From an uncultured Fibrobacterales bacterium (GTDB taxonomy: Bacteria > Fibrobacterota > Fibrobacteria > Fibrobacterales > CAWVXU01), in assembly GCA_963934255.1 (NCBI GenBank), contig CAWVXU010000081.1, positions 1 to 12,001 of the forward strand: a DNA stretch of 12,001 nt, given 5' to 3'. A program made the translations under genes and the position numbers. Shown piece after piece: positions 1 to 7,801 of the stretch. The stretch's first letter is position 1. The number at the start of each line of letters is the position of its first letter. The notes beneath the pieces were generated by a model. The model was not told the DNA's origin. It did not search any database and saw only the letters and a program-made list of their open reading frames with translations.

Positions 1-723
1 TTGTCCTCGAACGGGAGTCATTCGAGATTCGTAACCGAAGGGTTTTAAAGTTTCATCAAGCCAAGCTCCGGAGGAGCAAATCAAATGGGTCGATTGAATT
101 GAAGAGGATTTGACTGAGGAGGAAACAATTGGCTGTGCTTGTATTTGAATATCCACAGACCAAAATTCACTTTCATATACTGCCTGCTTAACCGTGGTGT
201 TTTCAAATATATCAATATGATGATTTCTCGCCCAAATTGTCATCGCTGCTAGAAGATCATTATTGTGGATAATTTCTTCGAGTGGAAAATGAAATCCACC
301 GACAAAGTCTTCGGGTATCATCCAGTCCTTAAGGTGCTCAGGGATTCTTGAAATGTGTTCAAAATTTTGCGATGCTTCACGGGTAAGTTGTGATTGTAAA
401 GAGTCAAACTTAGATTCATCAGTATAAAATTGCCAAGAGCCCGTTTGACGTGGCCTGATCTCCTGGTGGTTATCTTGACTCAGCATTTCAAACCACTCTG
501 GGTAATATTCATTAATTGAACGAACATAAAATTCACGGAATTTGGAATGAAATTGAGTAGCGCCATGAGTCATCAATATACCAGAGCCTGCACCACTTGC
601 TCCAAACCCCAATTGAACTCTCTCGATTAAAGCGACAGATAATCCTCGGCGTTTAGCTTCTATGGCTTGGAAGAGCCCTATAATGCCACCGCCGATAATA
701 ATGATGTCATAGGAGTTTTTCAC
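1..723 (-). CDS. FAD-dependent oxidoreductase, DAO/glycine oxidase (ThiO-like) family; 5' part only, runs off the left edge
   Basis: Not in the ORF track; translated by hand from GTG 723 (TTG 726 is an alternative, upstream in-frame TAA at 745-747). Reads MKNSYDIIIIGGGIIGLFQAIEAKRRGLSVALIERVQLGFGASGAGSGIL...LICSSGAW...MTPVRGQ with no stop to base 1. GxGxxG, GASxxxxG, GAW and PVRGQ motifs are typical of DAO/ThiO. Confidence 0.88.
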   Translation of the reverse strand, partial: MKNSYDIIIIGGGIIGLFQAIEAKRRGLSVALIERVQLGFGASGAGSGILMTHGATQFHSKFREFYVRSINEYYPEWFEMLSQDNHQEIRPRQTGSWQFYTDESKFDSLQSQLTREASQNFEHISRIPEHLKDWMIPEDFVGGFHFPLEEIIHNNDLLAAMTIWARNHHIDIFENTTVKQAVYESEFWSVDIQIQAQPIVSSSVKSSSIQSTHLICSSGAWLDETLKPFGYESRMTPVRGQ

Positions 724-877
724 CAAGCTTAAACCAAGTCTTTCTTATTATAAGCAACTAATAGAGTAAACTTAGAATATAATATTTTCAAACCGAATAC
801 TTATGCTGATTCGCTAGTTACGTAATTGCGTATTTTGGATATAGACTTGATTATTCACTGATCTCATTTCGATCTTC

Positions 878-1114
878 ATGCTTCTTTCTGAGTTCAACAT
901 CTTATTTAAGTAGAGAGAGTTTTCCAGTCGGACCATCAATGAGTGGCTTCAGAACTCTCAACCGCTCTTGTTGAACAGCCTTACCTCTAGTGAGGTTCTC
1001 AAAATCTGTAATTACTTTAAAAGCCACAAGGTAGCCCAGGAATTTTGTTACCAACGCCCCAGTTATTCATATCAATTCCCGCAAAAATTCAATATTCTCG
1101 AAGATATCGCATAA
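878..1114 (+). pseudogene. Possible interrupted small ORF (78 codons, one in-frame TAG at 911-913)
   Basis: ATG 878, MLLSEFNILFK*, then 66 further open codons (REFSSRTINEWLQ...FNILEDIA) to TAA 1112-1114. No clear RBS and no recognised family. Confidence 0.25.
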
Positions 1115-1256
1115 AAACTTTGTCAACAATCTTAAGTTTCACAATCACCATTTAACAGAGTGATATCCTTCTGGACTTTATAGATTTGTTTTAAAAGCAC
1201 TTAGGTTGACATGGGTGCTAGCAGATGGTCAATTCACCTCAATTAAGGAACCCTCA

Positions 1257-1526
1257 GTGGATCAGCAACAAACAAACCCATTACATGGAATTAAGCTCAT
1301 TCAGATGCTTGAGGAATTAGTTGATTTGTTAGGCTGGGAGGCCATGGCATCCCAAATCACCATTAATTGCTTTGCCAAAGAACCGTCAATCAAGTCCAGC
1401 CTCAGCTTTCTGCGCAGGACACCTTGGGCACGAAATAAAGTTGAAATCCTCTATATGCAAAAGGTTCTCAAGCTAAATTCTCAAGAAGTCATCCAAAAAA
1501 GCCACACAGCCAAACCGAAGAAGTAA
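1257..1526 (+). CDS. VF530 / DUF2132 family putative DNA-binding protein
   Basis: NPLHGIKL..MLEELV...GWE......INCF..EPSIKSSL.FLRRTPWAR.KVE.LY matches the family signature. Start moved from TTG 1206 to in-frame GTG 1257, which follows AAGGAA at 1245-1250. Confidence 0.9.
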   Translation: MDQQQTNPLHGIKLIQMLEELVDLLGWEAMASQITINCFAKEPSIKSSLSFLRRTPWARNKVEILYMQKVLKLNSQEVIQKSHTAKPKK

Positions 1527-1542
1527 TCAAATCGAACAACTA

Positions 1543-1584
1543 CTGGAAAGATACAGCCCCATGGTCTTCTGGCGCTGTATCCAG
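1543..1584 (+). terminator. Stem-loop after the VF530 gene, possible terminator
   Basis: GATACAGC (1550-1557) pairs with GCTGTATC (1574-1581), with an inner CCA/TGG stem and an outer CTG/CAG stem. Only a weak U tract (ATTCTT) follows. Confidence 0.45.
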
Positions 1585-1694
1585 ATTCTTAAAGAAAATA
1601 GTAACCCATTGTATGGCAATTTTTTAGGTCTGAGAGCCTAGTTCCAAGCTGAACTTTAGTATGTTTTAAACATCTTTGTTATTTAGAGGTTATC

Positions 1695-2759
1695 ATGAAA
1701 AATTTAGCTCTCCTTTTAATTATCCTAATAGCCTTCGTGGCTTGTAATGACGGTGTAAACTCTCCTGATTCAGAACTAGTTATCGATTCAGATACAGCAC
1801 TTTCATCTACAGAGAATCCCATCTTAACTTCCTCAGGCGGGCTCTCCTCATCGACACTTTCGTCAACGACACTTTCGTCTCCCATTTTATCGTCTTCAGG
1901 TTTATTGTCCTCTTCGTCCATTCTACCCACTAGCTCAGCCGGTCCATTTGGCCCTTTAGGGAAAATGGCATTCTATATTACAGCACACGAAGATGATTGG
2001 CAAATTTTTATGGGGGATCATGCACATAAGGATATCCTCGAAGCCGACGAAGTGATATTTATCTACATCACAGCAGGCGAAGCCGGCAAAGATGAAACCT
2101 TCTGGAATGCTCGTGAGCAAGGTGCACTGAATTCAATTGCTTGGACACTCAATGACTCAAGCCCAATTGAATCTTTTGACCTCAACTTTAATAATAACCA
2201 AGTTGTCCAAACAATTATCGCACACACTAAAAGTTACTTCCTCAGACTTCCTGACGGTAATGGATCAGGTGATGGATTTAGTGCATACAATAATCAATCA
2301 TTATCCAAATTAAAATCAGGAAATATCAGTACTATTCAAAATGTCAATAAGACTGCTAGCTACACATGGGATCAGCTGGTCACAACAGTCCAAGATATTA
2401 TACACATGCACGCCAAAGATAATTGGGACATTAGTTTCCACCTCCAAGATCACGACACTGGCTTAAATCCAGGAAACCATCCAGATCATATCACAGCCTC
2501 ATTGCTTGCCCAAGAAGCAATTGCAACAACAGGTCTTGATGATATTACATTTTTCTTGGACTATTCAAACTCTCGCTATGGCGTCAACATTTCGGCTGAA
2601 GTCATTGCGCTTAAAACCGGACTTTTTAATGCCTATGATGCTAAGATGCAAGAGTTAGCCTATTACAACACAATCGAACGAGAAGGCGATATCTATCATA
2701 CTTGGCTTGCCAGAACATACTTTAGAACCGCCACTGAACCCTACAACATTGTTTGGTAG
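1695..2759 (+). CDS. Lipoprotein with Ser-rich linker and PIG-L/LmbE family Zn-dependent de-N-acetylase domain
   Basis: AGAGGT RBS; MK + hydrophobic stretch + lipobox FVA-C; Ser-rich linker; motifs AHEDD (AHxDD), ITAGEAG, REQ, LRLPDG and NHPDH (HxDH). Confidence 0.85.
   Translation: MKNLALLLIILIAFVACNDGVNSPDSELVIDSDTALSSTENPILTSSGGLSSSTLSSTTLSSPILSSSGLLSSSSILPTSSAGPFGPLGKMAFYITAHEDDWQIFMGDHAHKDILEADEVIFIYITAGEAGKDETFWNAREQGALNSIAWTLNDSSPIESFDLNFNNNQVVQTIIAHTKSYFLRLPDGNGSGDGFSAYNNQSLSKLKSGNISTIQNVNKTASYTWDQLVTTVQDIIHMHAKDNWDISFHLQDHDTGLNPGNHPDHITASLLAQEAIATTGLDDITFFLDYSNSRYGVNISAEVIALKTGLFNAYDAKMQELAYYNTIEREGDIYHTWLARTYFRTATEPYNIVW
1852..1879 (+). repeat. Tandem duplication CGACACTTTCGTC x2, 15-bp period, in the Ser-rich linker
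   Basis: Exact copies at 1852-1864 and 1867-1879, followed by degenerate units (SSTLS/STTLS/SPILS/SSGLL). Confidence 0.8.
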
Positions 2760-2769
2760 ATAGGCTTAA

Positions 2770-3621
2770 ATGAAACTCCCCAAAGCTCTCGAAGGAATGG
2801 TCCGTGATGGACTCATTGATGAAGTCGTCAAAAGATTAGCCAGTGGTAAAGAAGCCGATATTTATGTCGTCTACTCTCAAGGTCAATATCGCTGTGCTAA
2901 AGTCTATAAAGATATCACCAAACGAAATTTCAAAAAACAAGCGACTTACCAAGAGGGTCGTAAAACCCGCAATAGTCGCAAAGCTCGAGCCATGGAAAAG
3001 CATACCAAATATGGTCGCAAAGAAATGGAGTCCTCTTGGCAAAATGCAGAAGTAGATGCTCTTTATAAAGTCGCGGAGACCGGCGCTAGAGTTCCTGAAC
3101 CATTTTACTGTATGGATGGAGTTCTTTTGATGGAGTTGGTGATTGGTCCTGATGGCGACGTCGCCCCAAGACTCCATGATCTCGCCCTTACCGAAGACCA
3201 AGCGATGGAATACTACAGTGCATTGATTGTCGATGTGATGAAGATGCTTTGCGCTGGAATTGTACACGCAGATTTATCCGAATACAATGTCCTCGTGGAT
3301 GAATTTGGGCCGATAATTATTGACCTACCTCAGGCCGTAGATGCAACGAGTAATAACAACGCTGCTGACTTCTTAATTCGTGATCTCAATAATTTAAGAG
3401 ATTACTTTAGTCAGTATGCACCCGAGCTGAAGGCCACTGAATTTGGTCAAGAGATGTGGGCTATTTACAAAGCAGGAGACCTGACTCCTGAAACTCCTTT
3501 GACAGGTCAATTTAAAAGATCGACTAAAGAGATTGATGTTAAAAATGTCATGGAAGCAATCGATGAAGCGCGTGAAGAGAACGAGGAGAAGTTACTCGCT
3601 CAAGCTGAACGAGGCTCTTAA
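2770..3621 (+). CDS. RIO1-family atypical Ser/Thr kinase/ATPase (PA4780-like)
   Basis: SGKEA P-loop, RCAKVYK, YQEGRKTRNSR..RAM, WQNAEVDALY, catalytic loop HADLSEYN and metal-binding loop IIDLPQ. Confidence 0.93.
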   Translation: MKLPKALEGMVRDGLIDEVVKRLASGKEADIYVVYSQGQYRCAKVYKDITKRNFKKQATYQEGRKTRNSRKARAMEKHTKYGRKEMESSWQNAEVDALYKVAETGARVPEPFYCMDGVLLMELVIGPDGDVAPRLHDLALTEDQAMEYYSALIVDVMKMLCAGIVHADLSEYNVLVDEFGPIIIDLPQAVDATSNNNAADFLIRDLNNLRDYFSQYAPELKATEFGQEMWAIYKAGDLTPETPLTGQFKRSTKEIDVKNVMEAIDEAREENEEKLLAQAERGS

Positions 3622-3631
3622 AGCTAGGCTT

Positions 3632-6013
3632 TTACTCAGATCGTCTCACACCAAAGGTCCAAAGCTCATTTGACTCAGTTATCACCCTGTCATCATATTT
3701 AAAATCCAAACTCACTCTTCCAATATAAGCTCCACTGCCTGCCTTACGTCCGTTGATGTCTAACATATTCCAACCGACATACAACATTCGATCATCTACT
3801 AGACAGCCGCCTTCAAATTTTGCATCGTAACATTCTACCACACCAGTCTCTTTATCGATGAAACCACCCAGGGACGTATAGACATACATCGTCCATTCAA
3901 TTTTTATGAGAGAAGGGTCTATATTCTCATAGTTTTTCAAGAAAGACATATAATCTAGATCAATACGAGCTCCGATTCTTCCGATGCTAGCCGGGATGTC
4001 TTCAGCCGATAGGTTTTGATCCACCATTTCTAAAGCGATAGATCTTGCTCCTTCAACTTGTTCGGGCACAACAGCCATAGATGACCTTGAGACATTTAAT
4101 GCTTGCTGGCGGCTTAACTGAACATAGGCATTATCCTTATGTGGATGATTACCATTTAGATCAGTTACACCTTGGAGGACACTGAGCCGCAGAGAGTCTT
4201 TGCTGGCTAACATGTTCTCAGCATGATAAATTTTACCACTTGATAAATCACTATTCAATTCAAAGTCTTCATAAAAGTATTCAGCTTCATAATTACCGGA
4301 TGCTTTACTTTGATAGAGAATGAGTTCATTTTGACGTTGACCAAAATCAGTTTGGACTGGCTCAGAATACATTGCAATGATCATTTGTCTATCACCTTCT
4401 ATCAGGAAAGCTTGAACTAATACGGGGCCAACTTGATCTTGAATCTCGATGGATTTCTCTATTTGAGTACCTGTTTGGAATATCAGATCAGAATAATGAA
4501 ATTTGATACTCATCTGATCTTGAGCATCAACTTTACCAGTATAAACCATCGTGCTAAATCTCTGTTGAGATAAGATTAATTGATCGCCTTGAACAGTGAA
4601 ATCTCTCCATAGATAATTACTTGAATCTTTACCCCAATAAACAGTGACCGAATCAAAACGATTTTTATTGGTCAAGTCGACATCAAAGTCAATCACTAAG
4701 CTATCGGCAATTCCATCACCATCGTCATAAATATTTGCGTCTATTGGTGAAGATACTTCCATAGGATATTGAACAATAACCACTACCGAATCAGTAGAGG
4801 CTCGAGTCCTAGTATAACTAATCGCATCTAAAAAATTACCCACCGAGCTGTTCGTAAATCCTTCTGAGGTAAAAAATATTCTGGTGGATGTTTGACCCAC
4901 AGGAATCTGAATAATTTCTTGATGAAGAGCCCATTTGTCTGTCGAACCTGTATATTCGCCTATCGTAGTATAAGGGCCTTCAGGTGGTCCAATTTTGAGC
5001 CCGAGTCGGTCTGGCCCCATTCTCCCCCGATGCGCAAACTCTATCAGAATTTCTTCCCCCCCTGCGGTCTGAATATCTTGAAAAAGGTTCCCTTGAAAGT
5101 TGGCATTTAACTCCACAAATTGATCTCCGTCAGATGCCACAACACCATGAGCATCTCTCCATACCTCAATCTTGCCATCCTTTGCGGTCGTTCTCCAACC
5201 GGGGATAGTATTTTGATCTACAATACCAGTACCTTTACCTCTAACTGGAAGCTCAAAACTCGAATTTTCATTCGTAATATTTAATCGGGAGTAACTTTTG
5301 AGATAATATTTGGATTCACTTGCAGGAGAGACTCTGAGGGTACTATCATTTAATTGAAGAAAATCTGTGTCACCGCTCCACTCACTCAAATTGGCATCTT
5401 TCGCGTTGATTTCAATAGAGTCTCCATAAGCAATATAGAGTGTATCCTCAACGATAGTACCTAAGTCTTGAAGGTCAGTTAGATCAGTTGGCGTATTTGT
5501 AGTATTTGGTGTATTAGAGGAGTTTGTGTTTAGGTTCGTTGTTGAGGAGGACGATCCAGCCGCACGAGAACTCACCATGACAGAAGAAGATATCGGTTGA
5601 TTTCCGAGCTGAGAGTCACTCACACTGACCTGCCCATTGAGGTCAATGACTACATATGCCTCATCTGCTCTTGGTGCTAAGTTTTGAAAAATAGATTCCA
5701 TGGAGCCAAGCTCTAACGAACTAGTTCGCCCCAGGTCAGGATACACCGACAGCACATCAAGACTCAAGGTCGTTGTCATTGTAACATTGACCATAAACCA
5801 ATCATCCGCTTGTGACACCATCTGCCTACCCGACCACCAACCAAACTCTTGGTTGCCGGCGACAAACAACTGCTGTGAGGGATAGGGTGATTTGACATAT
5901 AAAGTCAAGCTGAAGGCCTCTTGAGCTATTAAAAGCGCCCAAAATAATACAGCAATCCATCGAATACTCAATATTGAAGAACTTTCGAGCTTTTGAAATA
6001 CTGTAACCATCAT
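3632..6013 (-). CDS. Large secreted/surface modular protein: N-terminal Trp-rich module, S/T/N linker, Ig-like plus DUF642-like jelly roll, DGDG stalk, Fibrobacter-like C-terminal domain
   Basis: Long ORF (track start GTG 6019; ATG 6013 or 6010 fits the AGGTGG RBS better). Signal peptide ends ...IAQEAFS. Motifs: NSSFELP/IPGWRTT/IEVW/DGDQFVELNAN/FAHRGR/GNFLDAI; IYDDGDGIADS; DQVGPVL; YTSLGGFI..C..C..GWNMLDINGRKAGSGAYI. Confidence 0.8.
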   Translation of the reverse strand: MMVTVFQKLESSSILSIRWIAVLFWALLIAQEAFSLTLYVKSPYPSQQLFVAGNQEFGWWSGRQMVSQADDWFMVNVTMTTTLSLDVLSVYPDLGRTSSLELGSMESIFQNLAPRADEAYVVIDLNGQVSVSDSQLGNQPISSSVMVSSRAAGSSSSTTNLNTNSSNTPNTTNTPTDLTDLQDLGTIVEDTLYIAYGDSIEINAKDANLSEWSGDTDFLQLNDSTLRVSPASESKYYLKSYSRLNITNENSSFELPVRGKGTGIVDQNTIPGWRTTAKDGKIEVWRDAHGVVASDGDQFVELNANFQGNLFQDIQTAGGEEILIEFAHRGRMGPDRLGLKIGPPEGPYTTIGEYTGSTDKWALHQEIIQIPVGQTSTRIFFTSEGFTNSSVGNFLDAISYTRTRASTDSVVVIVQYPMEVSSPIDANIYDDGDGIADSLVIDFDVDLTNKNRFDSVTVYWGKDSSNYLWRDFTVQGDQLILSQQRFSTMVYTGKVDAQDQMSIKFHYSDLIFQTGTQIEKSIEIQDQVGPVLVQAFLIEGDRQMIIAMYSEPVQTDFGQRQNELILYQSKASGNYEAEYFYEDFELNSDLSSGKIYHAENMLASKDSLRLSVLQGVTDLNGNHPHKDNAYVQLSRQQALNVSRSSMAVVPEQVEGARSIALEMVDQNLSAEDIPASIGRIGARIDLDYMSFLKNYENIDPSLIKIEWTMYVYTSLGGFIDKETGVVECYDAKFEGGCLVDDRMLYVGWNMLDINGRKAGSGAYIGRVSLDFKYDDRVITESNELWTFGVRRSE

Positions 6014-6123
6014 AACCACCTAAACGACTTTTTTGTAAAATGTTGCTACCAAATAGTCTTATATGAGACCTTAATATGAACCTTTCGAATCAAAAGTCAT
6101 AGCCCTTTTATGATGGCGGGCTT

Positions 6124-6139
6124 AAATGTGTACACATTT
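6124..6139. promoter_or_regulatory. Perfect 16-bp palindrome AAATGTGTACACATTT, candidate operator
   Basis: Self-complementary with no loop, intergenic, about 110 bp upstream of the surface-protein start. The palindrome is certain; the operator role is inferred. Confidence 0.55.
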
Positions 6140-6217
6140 TGGCAACACCTATAGAACATAGTTTCATAATTTAATTGTATAATAAATAACTTATCGCCAT
6201 AAACCACTTGCGTTCTA

Positions 6218-7801
6218 TTAACGCCAAGGAACCAAAGGCGAACGATAATAGTTAATCCCTAACTCTCTCAACCTTGGACCATGTGAGCCTAAACGGTGTT
6301 TAAACTCGTCCCAGTCACGGTCTTTTTGAGGAGTCCAGCCTACTTCAGATAGACTCATCAAACGTGGAAAAATCATATAGTGAGCATCAGCCAGGCTCTT
6401 AATGCGCTCCCCCCAAAGGGCGGCCTCTATGCCAATGATATCTTTTTCTTTGACTCCTGGAGCAATGGTAGCTGGGTCCCAGTTGTAGCCATTTTGAGTA
6501 TTGTTGTAGCCCGCAAATGAGCCTCCAAAAGGAGACTTTTCATTGTATTTAAGACTCAGATACGTTTTGTTGGCTGGTGACATCAAGATTTTGCCGCCCT
6601 GAGCTACCACCGATAAGGTGGTTTCACAACAGACTGCATCTATGGCCCAATGTTGACCTATGACATCAGAATCTAGCCCTTTGACACTCCCTAAATCGTC
6701 TGTCCAACCAATCATTTTCTTATTGTGTTTGGCTATGATGGCTTTGGCCTTGAGCATAAATGTTTGATAGTCCTCATGCTTCACCCATTTAGGAGTTTCA
6801 TCCCCACCGACATGGATATAGTCACTATTTATTCGTGGAGCGATCGTGGCGATAACATCATTAAAAAACTCATAAATTTTGGGGTTACTAAAGCAGAGCG
6901 AGCTAATTTGAACCTTCATTGACGTATAAGGCCAATCCGGAGCCTCACCATCACAATAAAGTTCATCTGGGTAAGAAGCCATCGCAGCACGAACATGGCC
7001 CGGAGTATCAATCTCAGGAATCACACTGATGTGACGTTCTTCTGCATAGGCGATGATTTCATCAAACTCTTTTAAAGTATAAAAACAAGATTGACAATCG
7101 GTTTGATTCACTCCGGATCGACTCCCCACTGTGGTCAGTTTGGGCCAACCAGGGATTTCAATTCGCCAACCTTGATCATCAGTCAGATGAAAATGAAAAA
7201 CATTAAATTTATAAAGTGCCATTTGGTCGAGGAGAATCTTCACTTCGGCTACACTATAAAAATGCCGGGCAACGTCTAACATAAATCCTCGATAAGCCAT
7301 TCTAGGATAGTCTACCACATGTCCTTTACTTATATTCCAAGGACCTTTTTGTTGGGTACTCGCTTCAATCTTTGCGCCTAGCATCTGGCGTAATGTTTGA
7401 GTTCCTCTAAAAAGTCCAGTCGTAGTTTTAGCTATTAAGCTGATACCATTGTCTGTTATATTTAGAATGTATCCCTCATTGCCGTATTGTTGTTTCTTAT
7501 CAATGGTCAATTTGATTGAGTTAGTCCTAGGAGAATAAACGACGGGTAATTTATAGCCCGTAGCTGGTCTCAAAATACGTGCAAAATTTTCTGCCAGTTT
7601 AACAAGTTCACTTTGTGTGTTGTTAATAGATATGACGGTTTTTTGAGTGAGAGCAAAATGACCAGTCAATTTTTTAGCACTTACTGGCTTAGGGATAACA
7701 ATTGAGAATCCATCAGCCATACTCACACTGCTTAAGAATAAAAGAACGAAGGTGATATTGAGAATTCTCTGAGAGAAAATAATTAATTTTGATTGATTCA
7801 T
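6218..7801 (-). CDS. Secreted beta-N-acetylhexosaminidase, GH20 (GH20b plus catalytic domain)
   Basis: AAGGA RBS; signal peptide ending ...SSVSMA; IPKP, NEGY.L, DYPR..YRGFMLDVARH, HFHLTDDQGWR, PEIDTPGH, catalytic HVGGDE, GIEAALWGE and FPRL..LSEVGW. Confidence 0.96.
   Translation of the reverse strand: MNQSKLIIFSQRILNITFVLLFLSSVSMADGFSIVIPKPVSAKKLTGHFALTQKTVISINNTQSELVKLAENFARILRPATGYKLPVVYSPRTNSIKLTIDKKQQYGNEGYILNITDNGISLIAKTTTGLFRGTQTLRQMLGAKIEASTQQKGPWNISKGHVVDYPRMAYRGFMLDVARHFYSVAEVKILLDQMALYKFNVFHFHLTDDQGWRIEIPGWPKLTTVGSRSGVNQTDCQSCFYTLKEFDEIIAYAEERHISVIPEIDTPGHVRAAMASYPDELYCDGEAPDWPYTSMKVQISSLCFSNPKIYEFFNDVIATIAPRINSDYIHVGGDETPKWVKHEDYQTFMLKAKAIIAKHNKKMIGWTDDLGSVKGLDSDVIGQHWAIDAVCCETTLSVVAQGGKILMSPANKTYLSLKYNEKSPFGGSFAGYNNTQNGYNWDPATIAPGVKEKDIIGIEAALWGERIKSLADAHYMIFPRLMSLSEVGWTPQKDRDWDEFKHRLGSHGPRLRELGINYYRSPLVPWR

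Noticed and set aside
724..1205. TPP riboswitch upstream of the ThiO-like gene
   Set aside because: No CUGAGA/CCUGAU core arrangement found on the minus strand.
1206..1256. N-terminal extension of VF530 from TTG 1206
   Set aside because: No family similarity in the extension, and GTG 1257 has a better RBS.
1625..1670. CTGAGA-containing hairpin as a TPP riboswitch
   Set aside because: The remaining conserved elements are absent and the downstream gene is unrelated to thiamine.
1679..1930. 83-aa acidic minus-strand ORF
   Set aside because: Antisense shadow of the Ser-rich linker codons.
2836..3267. ORFs 2836-3267 (-) and 2843-3055 (+)
   Set aside because: Fully inside the RIO kinase gene, with no motifs.
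3618..3634. AAAGC-TAG-GCTTT hairpin as a bidirectional terminator
   Set aside because: The 5-bp AT-rich stem is too weak to call.
4892..5885. ORFs 4892-5110 and 5700-5885 (+)
   Set aside because: Short antisense shadows of the surface-protein gene.
6101..6122. AGCCC/GGGCT hairpin as the GH20 terminator
   Set aside because: 5-bp stem, 12-nt loop and no adjacent U tract.
6725..7279. ORFs 6725-6922 and 7091-7279 (+)
   Set aside because: Antisense shadows within the GH20 gene.
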